In this document: positions 21,024 through 31,687 of the stretch, one piece after another
Position numbering within the stretch: the first letter of the stretch is position 1
Layout: each line of letters begins with the position of its first letter
NCBI GenBank assembly: GCA_900128395.1
Contig: LT649254.1
Coordinates: 1 to 58,456, forward strand
Length of the DNA stretch: 58,456 nucleotides
Origin: Stramenopiles sp. TOSAG23-2
Taxonomy: Eukaryota
Direction of reading: 5' to 3'
The notes under the pieces: generated by a model
The model's database searches: none
What the model saw: the letters and a program-made list of their open reading frames with translations, nothing else
Told to the model about the DNA's origin: nothing
Program-made: the position numbers and the translations under genes

Positions 21024-21440
21024 TTTATATAATTATTGAATAAATAAATAAAAAAATTTTTTATCAAAAAAGTAGATAAAAATTTAATATTTACAACGGA
21101 ATAACTTTTTGTGTATTGGGTGAAAAAATTGGATTTTCTTTTTGTGGTGATCGTATGCCGATTACGTCAAAGAAATTGATATAATAATTTTTTTTTTTAA
21201 TTTTAACCTTTTAAGATGTATATTATTAGCATTATTATCTTTTTTAAAAAAATGCGCGTGTGTACTTGTATATAAAACAACACTTTATTAACCTTCTTTT
21301 AAATAAATACCCCATACCACTTGGCACTTATCAATTCATATTCAAAAAAATACATCCAATAAAAACCAACCAGCAATAATATAAACAAATAACACATAAC
21401 ATATATAAATCAACTTTACAATCTTATCCATTTCTTAATC

Positions 21441-23012
21441 ATGCAAATCAATATTTCATTACCATTCATCTTCAACATTTACCTTGTCATCACTTTCATC
21501 CATATTATTTCAACTGCTGTTGCAGACCCAGATGTTAATTTACCAAAAGTTGAATTCACTTCGAAAAAACAAACTAAAGGTCCTGAAGATCCTGAAAATG
21601 CAGGCAAGAATGTTTTTTGGACTGCTAAAGATGACAATGCAAAAGCGGATCCATATTGGCAACGAGAACAACGCTTTATATTTAAAGAAAATCGCCATGA
21701 AGTCAAAATTTTTGTCCCTGTGGATAAAGAACAAAGTTCTCGTGATGTACATATGCGAATAACAGAAAAATATTTACAATGTGGCTTTGAAAATGGTACA
21801 ATTGCTATTGCGGGTGACTTAATGGAACCGATACAAACACAACATTCTTTTTGGGATTTTATATCACCATCTGAATTGGACGATACAGACAATGATGAAA
21901 GCATAAATGAACCTCATGTATATATCTTTCTGGTGAAAAAATATGATACAAATGCTAATTGGAATCAATTATATAAATTTATACCGAAAGTACATACAAG
22001 TGAAGTTATAGAGGATAACGAGAGTATAGAAGAAGAAGAGGAGGAAAAGGAAGATGAAGATGCTAGTGATGTTGATGAATCATTTGGAGAAGATGAAGAT
22101 GAGGAAAACATAGTAGCATCTTCTACGATTGACAATAATATTGCAGAGGAAGATTCATCATCAAGAAAATTGCCACCATTACCACCTTTAATTCAACTAA
22201 CACGGAAATTAGATGTGCAAGCTCTTCAAAAGCATTTCGAGGAAGCAAAGAAAAATGATATTCTAGATGCAAATGTAAAAGATGAAAAACAACGAACTCC
22301 ATTAATGTGGTTAGCATCTGATTATTCATCTTCGAAACATCGTGATGGTACACAATATCAATATATATCTGGAAAAATGGTTTCCATATGTCATATGTTA
22401 ATTGATGCTGGGGCTGATCCATATGCAACAGATTTTTATGGCATGACTGCGTTGCATTGGGCAGCTGCAAGTGGTTGGCATGATTTAGTAGCGGTTCTCT
22501 TAGCACAAGATGAAAATTATGAAAATGATTATGCAAATATACAAGATATTTTAAATGGTTCAACACCTTTAATCGTAGCATCCGCAAATGGGCATGAAAA
22601 AGTAGTTGCAACACTAGCACATCGGAAAGCTGATTTAAACGTAAGACAAAAGTCAGAAAAAGGATGGACTGCATTAATGATTGCTGCATATAATGGCCAT
22701 GTAATTGTAGTTGATAAATTGTTACATGCAGGTGCTAATTTTGAATTGTTGGAATTTACAAGTGGCCGCACCATATGCCACATTGCAGCTGCACAAGGCC
22801 ATGCAAAAGTAATTGAAATGCTTGTGAGTTACGATGCATGTGATTTAAATCTTCTATCGAAAAAAGATAGAGTGACTCCATATGCATTAGCAAATAAAAT
22901 AGGGCATGAAAATGCTGCCAATGTTCTACGACAAGCAAAAGTAAGATTAATTGAAAAAAGACACGAAGAATGGACAAAACGACAAGATGAAAATTTTAAC
23001 GTAGATTTGTAA
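21441..23012 (+). CDS. Signal peptide, CS/p23-like domain, acidic tract and ankyrin repeats
   Basis: Hydrophobic N-terminus. CS-like segment FKENRHEVKIFVPV...DVHMRITEKYLQ...GDLMEPIQTQHSFW...LVK...W. Ankyrin motifs GMTALHWAA, GSTPLIVAS, GWTALMIAA. Confidence 0.85.
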   Translation: MQINISLPFIFNIYLVITFIHIISTAVADPDVNLPKVEFTSKKQTKGPEDPENAGKNVFWTAKDDNAKADPYWQREQRFIFKENRHEVKIFVPVDKEQSSRDVHMRITEKYLQCGFENGTIAIAGDLMEPIQTQHSFWDFISPSELDDTDNDESINEPHVYIFLVKKYDTNANWNQLYKFIPKVHTSEVIEDNESIEEEEEEKEDEDASDVDESFGEDEDEENIVASSTIDNNIAEEDSSSRKLPPLPPLIQLTRKLDVQALQKHFEEAKKNDILDANVKDEKQRTPLMWLASDYSSSKHRDGTQYQYISGKMVSICHMLIDAGADPYATDFYGMTALHWAAASGWHDLVAVLLAQDENYENDYANIQDILNGSTPLIVASANGHEKVVATLAHRKADLNVRQKSEKGWTALMIAAYNGHVIVVDKLLHAGANFELLEFTSGRTICHIAAAQGHAKVIEMLVSYDACDLNLLSKKDRVTPYALANKIGHENAANVLRQAKVRLIEKRHEEWTKRQDENFNVDL

Positions 23013-23217
23013 ATTATTTATTATTTCATATGATACGAGAAGGACCCCAAAATATACGTATATATATATAATGATGGATATATAACTCTCATGTATTGAA
23101 GAGTGTATTAAATTTTTGTCAACAATACACACTTATTCTGTAATTTACTTTTTGATAGGTTTTTGTACGTACTGGTACTGTATTTCTCAAGACGACACAC
23201 TACCACACTCCCCCCCC

Positions 23218-25110
23218 TCACACACGTTTAAAATGTAATTTTAAATCACTATCCAAATTACAAAAATAACCATCAAATTTATGATAAATTCGATCAATAT
23301 TTGTTTTAAATTCAAATTTACATAATAATGTGCTTAAAACCGTCTCAAGGATCAGTTGGCTAACATGTATTCCAATACAATTTCTACTCCCACCACCATA
23401 TGGTAAAAATGAAAACGGTACACGTTTTGCTTTCCTGAAAATCCAATTTTCTACTGGATTGTACATGGTAGTATTATCTGCATCTCTACCATAAACAAGT
23501 AATGAACGGTGAATATTGTATACCGATATTATTACTGTTGTTTTTGCTGGAATGATATAATCACCAATATTTATTTGTTTCAATAAATACCTGGTAAAAT
23601 ATGGAATCGGAGGATGCAAGCGCATAGATTCTTTAATACATGCACGCAAATAGGCAATTCCGTTTGCATCCACCACGTCATTATTATTGCTTTTTACTTC
23701 TGCATTACGTTCCTCCGCTTGATATCTTACTCGTATATTATCCTGATAAAATTTATTTTGTGCTAAATCATACATTGTCCATTTCAATGCGATAGTCGTG
23801 GTTTGATATCCCATTACAAGAACAGTAAGTAAATTATCCAACGTTTGCTTTCGTGTCCAATAGCTAAATACTTGTTCACTTTCTAATACAATATTGGCTA
23901 ATGACATTACTTTCAAATTTCCATTTGCATCATGAAAATTTTCATTATTATGTTCATATTTTTCAATATATGCATAAAACTGTGTTTTGAATTCATTAGA
24001 TAATGTTTTTGTTGCATAATTAGTCTCATTATTATATTTAAAATATGTGGATACTTCAAGACATTTCATAAATGCATTACGAAATGTATTTGTATGATAC
24101 GATTTGAAGCTATTACTACTACTATCATTCGTTACAGCATCTTCATCAAAATCAACATCAAAGATGAAATTCCATATAATATTAAATATCATTTCATTCA
24201 AAATTTTATCAATATCTAAATCGCCATTACTCAACATTTGTTTCGAACATTTATTTAATACATCTATTAATTTTTTTTTCATTTCTAAATTTATAGATGT
24301 TAAACATTTTTCTTTCATATTTGGATTATTTATAAAATTATTAAATGGTTTTTCCAATTGCTCACGTGTTGTTTTCCAATACGTACCATCTTCATTCATT
24401 ATACCGGAATTTCCTTCAATTATTGTCAATTTTTTAAATGGACAAAAATGCCTAGCCTCAAATGCATTTTCAGGATTCATCATCATTATTCTATTAATTT
24501 TATCAGGTGAAGACAATGTTACAATTGGTTTCCATGCATTTTCCCAATAACACGATATACCAACTTTTGATTTATTAATAGAATTGGCAGGTGCCATAGT
24601 ATCATTATTACTATTGCTGCTGTTGTTATTATTTTTTAAGGAATCATCTGCATTCATATTTAATTCCAATTCATAATTTCCATAATATCTTTTAAAATTG
24701 CATTTAAGTAATTGTCGTAATTTTGAATATGAATGACCTAATAAAAAGAAACGTGGTGGTTGATTTGGAATTTTCGATAAATGTGTAGCATGAGTAAATT
24801 CAACTTCTATGAATATTTTCCATATAATATAACAAATAAACAACACAAATGGAATACCCCATTTATTTATCATACCGGTATGTGGATCAAAAATACGAGG
24901 TATGTAATCACTATTCATATAATAAAATTCATTAGATACATAATATATTAAAATCAATAATGCTGTACATAATATTCTTCCAAACCAATAATCAGCAATA
25001 ACATCTTGTCGTTTTTCAATATCATTATTTATACTTGATGCATATGCATATAAACTTGTCGGTAATTGCATTAAATTTTTTATGGAAGTCCATAATGTTC
25101 CAAACCCCAT
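23218..25110 (-). CDS. Cytochrome P450
   Basis: Heme motif FLPYGGGSRNCIG, K-helix ESMRLHPP, I-helix MGYQTT, two N-terminal hydrophobic helices. Confidence 0.93.
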   Translation of the reverse strand: MGFGTLWTSIKNLMQLPTSLYAYASSINNDIEKRQDVIADYWFGRILCTALLILIYYVSNEFYYMNSDYIPRIFDPHTGMINKWGIPFVLFICYIIWKIFIEVEFTHATHLSKIPNQPPRFFLLGHSYSKLRQLLKCNFKRYYGNYELELNMNADDSLKNNNNSSNSNNDTMAPANSINKSKVGISCYWENAWKPIVTLSSPDKINRIMMMNPENAFEARHFCPFKKLTIIEGNSGIMNEDGTYWKTTREQLEKPFNNFINNPNMKEKCLTSINLEMKKKLIDVLNKCSKQMLSNGDLDIDKILNEMIFNIIWNFIFDVDFDEDAVTNDSSSNSFKSYHTNTFRNAFMKCLEVSTYFKYNNETNYATKTLSNEFKTQFYAYIEKYEHNNENFHDANGNLKVMSLANIVLESEQVFSYWTRKQTLDNLLTVLVMGYQTTTIALKWTMYDLAQNKFYQDNIRVRYQAEERNAEVKSNNNDVVDANGIAYLRACIKESMRLHPPIPYFTRYLLKQINIGDYIIPAKTTVIISVYNIHRSLLVYGRDADNTTMYNPVENWIFRKAKRVPFSFLPYGGGSRNCIGIHVSQLILETVLSTLLCKFEFKTNIDRIYHKFDGYFCNLDSDLKLHFKRV

Positions 25111-25282
25111 TTTGATATAACCAAGTATAAGTGTTTGATACTTTGAAGGAAGTTTGTTTTGTATGGAACGTTTTCGTTAAACACAAATACAAAACAGTTT
25201 TTTTACTTCCTATTTGTGCCATCATTTGCACATCACATTAACATCATTTTCAAATAATTTTTTTGTTGGTGGTTGTGTTGGT

Positions 25283-25390
25283 TGCTTGCCTTAGGGCTTG
25301 CGGGCTTGCCCAGCTTGCCCAGCTTGCCTGGCTGGCGGGCTGGGTTGCTGCCTGGCCTGCCTGATGCCGGGCCGCCGGGCCTGGCTTGGC
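25283..25390. repeat. GC-rich degenerate GCTTGCC/CCTGG microrepeat patch between divergent genes
   Basis: About 105 bp of GCTTGCCCA, GGGCT, CCTGG and GCCGGGCC units in an otherwise AT-rich spacer. Confidence 0.6.
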
Positions 25391-25722
25391 ATTTTATAAT
25401 AGCAGTGCTTTACTACACAGAATTTTAAATTTTGTTAGGTTAGCCTCTATCCTGAAAACCCTTAAATGAACTAAAAGCACACACCAAAGGCAGGACATCT
25501 AAATAGGATTACTTTAGATATTATAATACTTAAACGTGATTTTAGAGTACGAAAACTTAAAACCCGTCATCTAAATATCTATAAATCTTTCTTCGAACTA
25601 TTCCACTGGTATTATTATTCTAATTATTTATTATCGCTATAGCACCATACATTATTTCAAGTATACATATATGCAACTTGCATATCATATATACTACTAG
25701 TACATCTAAATAATTCAATTAT

Positions 25723-25918
25723 ATTATTATTTATAATATTAACTGAACTGTATAAGATACATACCATCAAAGAAATCAAATGATACTGTATATGATTGAT
25801 ATACATACCAACCCATTGAAATTATTATTTATAATATTAACTGAACTGTATAAGATACATACCATCAAAGAAATCAAATGATACTGTATATGATTGATAT
25901 ACATACCAACCCATTGAA
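25723..25918. repeat. 98-bp tandem duplication
   Basis: 25723-25820 repeated at 25821-25918. Confidence 0.9.
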
Positions 25919-26024
25919 TCAACTTGACATTGTAGAATAATCTTATAATAGTTTCAAAAGACTCATATATTTTGCATATATTATATAGCTCTGCACAAAG
26001 TTAGTACAGCAGTAGTTTACAACA

Positions 26025-27887
26025 ATGGTAAAAAAAACAACATTAAATAATAACGTGAAAACGTTGAAGAGTGAAATAAAACGTTTGCGTTTAGAGTTAC
26101 ACCAACATAAAGTGTATAAAAGTGGAATATTGCTAAGGTATCGCGAGACGATTATTATGGGATTTAATGAATGGAAACCACGGTATTATGAAATTCGTTG
26201 CAATCGTTTAGTATGTTACAAATCATTAGTTGAACGTGACGTACGTTTTGAACTACCTTTAATTAACGACGACACAAGTGAAACAGCACATGTTATTATA
26301 CCACGAATGGAAAATGAAAATGATTCACATGGACGATTTGAATTTGAAATTGAATTCCCATCTAATATATCAAACAAAAGTTTTCACTTGATAAAACTAT
26401 CTGCAGAATCTGAAGCTGAACGAAATATATGGATCGATTCCTTAGAAACTTCCATGCAAGATGCGCTTGATGATAGACGTAAAGATGATCCTGCTACCCC
26501 AACATCCCCAACAAATAAAAGCAAAAAAAGACGAAAGCATTATGATGGTAACTTGACAAAATTAGTACATAAAGTGGAACGTTGCTCTTTGTTAAGCTCT
26601 GAAAATGTGAACAAACCTGATTTAAGGGGTTTCTTTAATTTAATTTTAGTTGTTGCAATTGCGACTAATTTTCGTTTGATAGTTGAAAATTTCATTAAAT
26701 ATGGTATAATATTTCATAAATTTAAAATGAGTGATTATATTAAAACTAGCGATATGGATTGTATCATTTGTTTTGTTGAATTATTTTTACATATCATCAT
26801 TGCATGGATACTTGAATTATTTGCTAGTCAAAAGAAAATCGAACGTGCTATGGCAACATCGTTGCATGGATTTAATTGTTGCTTATGCTTAGCTATCCCA
26901 ATAGCAGTTACATCCCACACTAAAGCATCGTTACCAATTGCAGGATTTGTATTATCGATGTCAGTCGTTATCTTCATGAAAATTGTTAGTTATGCACATA
27001 CAAATAGTGCATTACGAAAGATATATTTAAAACCAAGATCTACCTCCGATGATAACAATAAAAACAATGAAATCGTTGCATTTGATGAAACGGATGATGA
27101 AAATGATCAAGGTGATGGTGAAGGGGAAAAACTTATGCAAGCATCGGAAGCAGTACAATATCCAGACAATGTTACATTTAAAAATATTGGCATCTTCATC
27201 TTAATGCCAACACTTGTTTATCAAACTTCCTATCCACGTACTGAACGTATCCGAAAACGTTGGTTATTAAAACGTTTTCTTGAACTTGGCGTTTGCATAG
27301 CATTGATGTTTGTATCGCATTTTCAATTTGTACGACCAACATTAGAAAATGCTAAAGACGCCATACGCAACAAAAATGTCATTAAATTGTTAGAAAGATT
27401 ATTAAAACTTGCAATTCCATCATTGATTACATGGTTATTGTTATTTTATGGTTTATTTCATTTATGGTTGAACATTTTAGCTGAAATAACATGTTTTGGC
27501 GACCGGTTGTTTTATACACATTGGTGGAATGCTAAACGATTAGATCAATATTGGAGATGTTGGAACATCCCGGTGCATAATTGGTTATTGCGACATGTAT
27601 ATTTCCCTGTATTAGGTGCTGGTGTTGGTAAAACAATGGCTGGATTGATTGTATTTATAATCAGTGCTGCATTGCATGAGTTAATAGCAAGTGGTGCATT
27701 AAATCAATTGCGTGTGTGGATTTTTATGGGAATGTTATTTCAATTACCAGCAATTATGATCACATCTTATTTAGATAAAAAAATATTCAAAGGAAGTGAA
27801 TTAGGAAATGTATTGTTTTGGTTTTTCTTTTGTATTGTTGGCCAGCCAATGATTGTGTTGCTTTATTATGCAGATTTAGCATTGTAA
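26025..27887 (+). CDS. DGAT1: Diacylglycerol O-acyltransferase 1 (MBOAT) with an N-terminal PH domain
   Basis: PH domain (KSGILL...WKPRYYEI...LSAESEAERNIWIDSL); SLLSS, GFFNL, PTLVYQTSYPRT, FGDRLFYTHWWNA, WNIPVHNW, SAALHE. Confidence 0.95.
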   Translation: MVKKTTLNNNVKTLKSEIKRLRLELHQHKVYKSGILLRYRETIIMGFNEWKPRYYEIRCNRLVCYKSLVERDVRFELPLINDDTSETAHVIIPRMENENDSHGRFEFEIEFPSNISNKSFHLIKLSAESEAERNIWIDSLETSMQDALDDRRKDDPATPTSPTNKSKKRRKHYDGNLTKLVHKVERCSLLSSENVNKPDLRGFFNLILVVAIATNFRLIVENFIKYGIIFHKFKMSDYIKTSDMDCIICFVELFLHIIIAWILELFASQKKIERAMATSLHGFNCCLCLAIPIAVTSHTKASLPIAGFVLSMSVVIFMKIVSYAHTNSALRKIYLKPRSTSDDNNKNNEIVAFDETDDENDQGDGEGEKLMQASEAVQYPDNVTFKNIGIFILMPTLVYQTSYPRTERIRKRWLLKRFLELGVCIALMFVSHFQFVRPTLENAKDAIRNKNVIKLLERLLKLAIPSLITWLLLFYGLFHLWLNILAEITCFGDRLFYTHWWNAKRLDQYWRCWNIPVHNWLLRHVYFPVLGAGVGKTMAGLIVFIISAALHELIASGALNQLRVWIFMGMLFQLPAIMITSYLDKKIFKGSELGNVLFWFFFCIVGQPMIVLLYYADLAL

Positions 27888-27976
27888 GATGGTTCTATTT
27901 ACATTTTTCTACGTGCAGAGTACGAGTGTGTGGTACGAATATACAAGATAATAATAACGATTGTTTCCACAACACA

Positions 27977-28528
27977 ATGTCAGCTAGGGTACGACAAAGA
28001 AATTATAATAATCATAGAAATGAAACGACAATTGATCGTTTGAAAAAAAATAAAGTAGTTTTATGGATAGCAATATTGTTTTGCATTTACATGAATTACC
28101 TTTCCTGGTCTTTTTGTTTCAAAATGTATAAATTAACCCACCCGCCACAATATCACCACTGGTATAAAACCAATAAACGTTGTTTGTTTGTTTCAGGAGT
28201 AGATTTTTTTGGAATGGATCTAAATAGACCTATTTTACATGTGAATTCCCCAGAAGCATGTTGTGATAAATGTGATAGAAATGAAAATTGTAAAGCTTGG
28301 GGATGGAACGACGGATCAATTGACCTTCAATATAAAAACATGTGTTTTTTAAAAAAAGGGATCTCCCCAAATAATTCAAGGCTCAATGACGCTGTCACTT
28401 CTGGTGTAAAATGTGAATCAAATTCAGATATGAAAACATTTTGTTATTCGTTAAATTCAATGATGTTAGCAAAATACGATAAAATTGGAGACATGCAATT
28501 AAAACTTAGTCGGCTTTTGAACAAATGA
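27977..28528 (+). CDS. Type II membrane protein with a PAN/apple domain
   Basis: Likely start MSARVR at 27977, which avoids overlap with DGAT1. TM segment, then GVDFFGMDL...SPEACCDKC...CKAWGW...CFLK...VTSG. Confidence 0.75.
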   Translation: MSARVRQRNYNNHRNETTIDRLKKNKVVLWIAILFCIYMNYLSWSFCFKMYKLTHPPQYHHWYKTNKRCLFVSGVDFFGMDLNRPILHVNSPEACCDKCDRNENCKAWGWNDGSIDLQYKNMCFLKKGISPNNSRLNDAVTSGVKCESNSDMKTFCYSLNSMMLAKYDKIGDMQLKLSRLLNK

Positions 28529-28683
28529 TAAAGAGTGCGTGTATTTAGCACCCTGTGCATGTGTAAAAATGTATGTTTTGTGTAACGTGTATTTTTTTAC
28601 ACATGAGAAATAGTATGATATATATATTTATGATAATTAAAATTAATATTATATTACACGCACACACACTTTTTCTTCATTTC

Positions 28684-30042
28684 TTAATCATCACCTTCAC
28701 CACCTCGTTCCATTTCCAACATAATCGATTGATTTGCTTTTTTATTATCTTCATCTGTAAAATAACATGTACAAAATCTTTTAGTTTGCAAAAAAGTTAA
28801 AGAATTACCATCTGGACTCCATCGAACGCCACGTACATCAAAATCATTTGATGGTATATCTACCCAACTTGCACCATCAATACTCCAAAAAAAACATTTA
28901 TTTGTACCAGTACAGATTGCTAATCGTGTTTGATTTGGGGACCAACGAAATGATCTTACGACATTACGATGAATTAAAACAGCATACAAACTTAAGGTCT
29001 TACAAGACCATATCCAAACAGCATGTGGCATATTATCATTTTTTGTAGCAATAAATGCATCATCATAGGACCACAATAAACTACCAACTCCAATGCGGGG
29101 AAAAGGTTTTGTAATATCTGGAGTAACAGATTTCAATCTAGAACGTGTTTGCGTTACCAGTTGATATGCTGTGCTACCACTAACATCATTGCCATTTACA
29201 ATCACTTCATAATATAAATGCGCATGTTGTGGAGAAACTGTTTGCGTATGTACCAAATCTGCTATACATTTCCACGATGTTTGACTCAATATTCGTACAC
29301 TTTCATCATAACTACCGATTGCAATATTACCACTTCTTGGACTAAATGCGAAACTTTTTATACCTAATGCATTTTCATATGCAGAATATTTTGCTAATTT
29401 CGTTCCATCTGGTGAAAATAGATGTATTGTATAATTCAACTCCGTATCAATGACTGCAATAGCGGATCCATCTGGACTATATTTAATATCAGCTAAATCC
29501 ATTGTATTGGTAGGAAATTCAAGTGCTTTACCCCAATTCTGTGTTGAATAAATTCCAATGCTATCCCTACATTCAATTCTATGTGCTATGCAACAAAATT
29601 TACCATCTGGAGAAAAATCTATATTTTTTAAATTCTTTGGATTTTTTATACAGACAGCGGTGCCATCTGTTAATGACCAACATGTTACATGTAAATTAAA
29701 ATCAGCAAATGTTAATACGCAACGACTATTAGGCGCCCAATACGCAGCAACTAAACCGGCTAAGCCTTCATTTATTCGGCAGGTCCATTCTGGCTTATCT
29801 ATAGACCATACTTGCACCATAGCACGTTGCAAAATCACTGTAAATACATATTTTGAATCTTTTGACCATTTTAAATCATTAATAGTATCAAGGCATGTAT
29901 AGACTTGTTTGATTTGCATCGTGCGCGGATCTCTAATTACTAAACGATGCTGTACTGCAACGGCAACATTTTCATTATCATTTGAATATCTACATAGTCC
30001 AGAAGAATGTTTATATATTTCGCTGAAAGTTACGTCTGTCAT
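28684..30042 (-). CDS. WRAP73: WD-repeat protein WRAP73/WDR8 (centriolar)
   Basis: FSEIYK, QVWSIDKPEWTCRINEGLAGL, YENALGIK, IGSYDESVRIL, ATKNDNMPHAVWIW motifs. Confidence 0.9.
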   Translation of the reverse strand: MTDVTFSEIYKHSSGLCRYSNDNENVAVAVQHRLVIRDPRTMQIKQVYTCLDTINDLKWSKDSKYVFTVILQRAMVQVWSIDKPEWTCRINEGLAGLVAAYWAPNSRCVLTFADFNLHVTCWSLTDGTAVCIKNPKNLKNIDFSPDGKFCCIAHRIECRDSIGIYSTQNWGKALEFPTNTMDLADIKYSPDGSAIAVIDTELNYTIHLFSPDGTKLAKYSAYENALGIKSFAFSPRSGNIAIGSYDESVRILSQTSWKCIADLVHTQTVSPQHAHLYYEVIVNGNDVSGSTAYQLVTQTRSRLKSVTPDITKPFPRIGVGSLLWSYDDAFIATKNDNMPHAVWIWSCKTLSLYAVLIHRNVVRSFRWSPNQTRLAICTGTNKCFFWSIDGASWVDIPSNDFDVRGVRWSPDGNSLTFLQTKRFCTCYFTDEDNKKANQSIMLEMERGGEGDD

Positions 30043-30639
30043 CTTTTTAATTATGATAATATATATATCCCGCCAATTCTATTCTAATATCATGTATTTA
30101 AACACCTATCTATTATTTAAATTTAATTTCCAAGAATTAAGATGTAAATTAAAATAAAGTAATTTCTATAATTTATATTACATATATAAATGATAGAAGA
30201 AATATATTTATGTTGTATTTGTAAGAAAACACAATGAAATAGAGTTGATCTATATCTAAATCTTTATGATTAGATATTCTCGTCTATAATGTATTAATCT
30301 AATTAATAATTATTCTAGAATTAAATATTATTTTTTTTGAATTGAAAAAAAAAGCACCACAGCAACCACAACAAAAGTAGAAGAAGAAGGAAGAAGTGCA
30401 ACAACCTATATTCATGAAAATCAAAAAAAAATGTTGTTGGGCGAGATCTAATATTCCATATTAGTGCTGTGTCTATACTATATAGAAAACCTAAAACATA
30501 CACGAAAATAATGCAGTCGTTTCCATTGCTGCTTGATTGGATTGAATATTATTATTATTTCTGCCGTCTTCATGTTTTGTTTGTGTTCCGATTCGTTTGT
30601 GTGTTTTGTGAATACATGTCAATTCAAACTTTGCAAAAA

Positions 30640-31344
30640 TTTGTGTGTTTTGTGAATACATGTCGATTCAAACTTTGCAAACTTGCTAATTGTTTATTAC
30701 AAATGGAACAGGGAACTTTGACTTTAGGTTTTTTTGACTTTTGGCGTATCTGGATGCTTTCTCTTAATATGTTGTATCAAACTACTAGGATCTGTATATT
30801 TTTTACTGCAATGTGGACATGGAATTTTTTTGCCTTCATGGACACCCTGAATATGTTTTTTCAAATTACCTTTAGTTGAACAAATTTTGCCGCATTTGTC
30901 ACATTTGACTTGCTGGTTTTCATGGATGGTCTTAATATGGGATTTCAAATTACCTTTAGTTGAAAAACCTTTGCCGCATTCGCCACATTTAACTTTCGGT
31001 TTGTTTGGGTCATGGACATCTTGCTGGTTTTCATGGATGTTATTGATATGGGTTTTCAAATTACCTTTAGTTGAAAAACCTTTGCCGCATTCGCCACATT
31101 TAACTTTCGGTTTGTTTGGGTCATGGACATCTTGCTGGTTTTCATGGATGTTATTGATATGGGTTTTCAAATTACCTTTAGTTGAAAAACCTTTGCCGCA
31201 TTCGCCACATTTAACTTTCGGTTTGTTTGGGTCATGGACGTCTCTTAGATGGCTCTTCAAATTGCTTTTACGAATTTGTTTCTCACAGATTTCACATGCA
31301 ATATAAACATAAACACGTTTACGTTTTTTGCCTTCATGGAGCAA
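30640..31344 (-). pseudogene. C2H2 zinc-finger array fragment (no ATG, frameshifted 3' end)
   Basis: Six CxxC...HxxxxH fingers. Frame starts on a finger tail (HEGKK) with no in-frame ATG. Deleting one base of the T7 run at 30729-30735 adds a seventh finger, CSICNKQLASLQSLNRHVFTKH. Confidence 0.7.
30910..31240. repeat. 111-bp (37-aa) tandem repeat within the ZnF array, about 3 copies
   Basis: CATGGAC recurs at 31011, 31122 and 31233; unit DVHDPNKPKVKCGECGKGFSTKGNLKTHINNIHENQQ. Confidence 0.9.
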
Positions 31345-31687
31345 ATAACAATATATATATGTTTACGGCGGGTGTCTCGTATAACTTGTCGTGCACTCGT
31401 TAGCATAGACACAGCATTACTAATAGCTCATGCTAATCCCATCGTAGAAACAGCTGGCTAGCTCAGACAGCCAGACGACACAGCCAGACGTGCAGACGAC
31501 AGCACATTTAAAATTAAAAATGAATAATGACTCATCCTCTCTCCGCCTCTCCCTCGAACAACGAAGAAAGATGATTATAAATACTGTAATATCATAAATA
31601 TGATATTATACATATATGCGCGTGTGTGTGTTTATATGTTGTTATATACATACATACATACACAACCATTCATTTCATTCAATAAAT

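Noticed and set aside
27818..27976. Apparent overlap of the PAN-domain ORF with DGAT1
   Set aside because: The track start is not an ATG; ATG 27977 gives a coherent non-overlapping gene.
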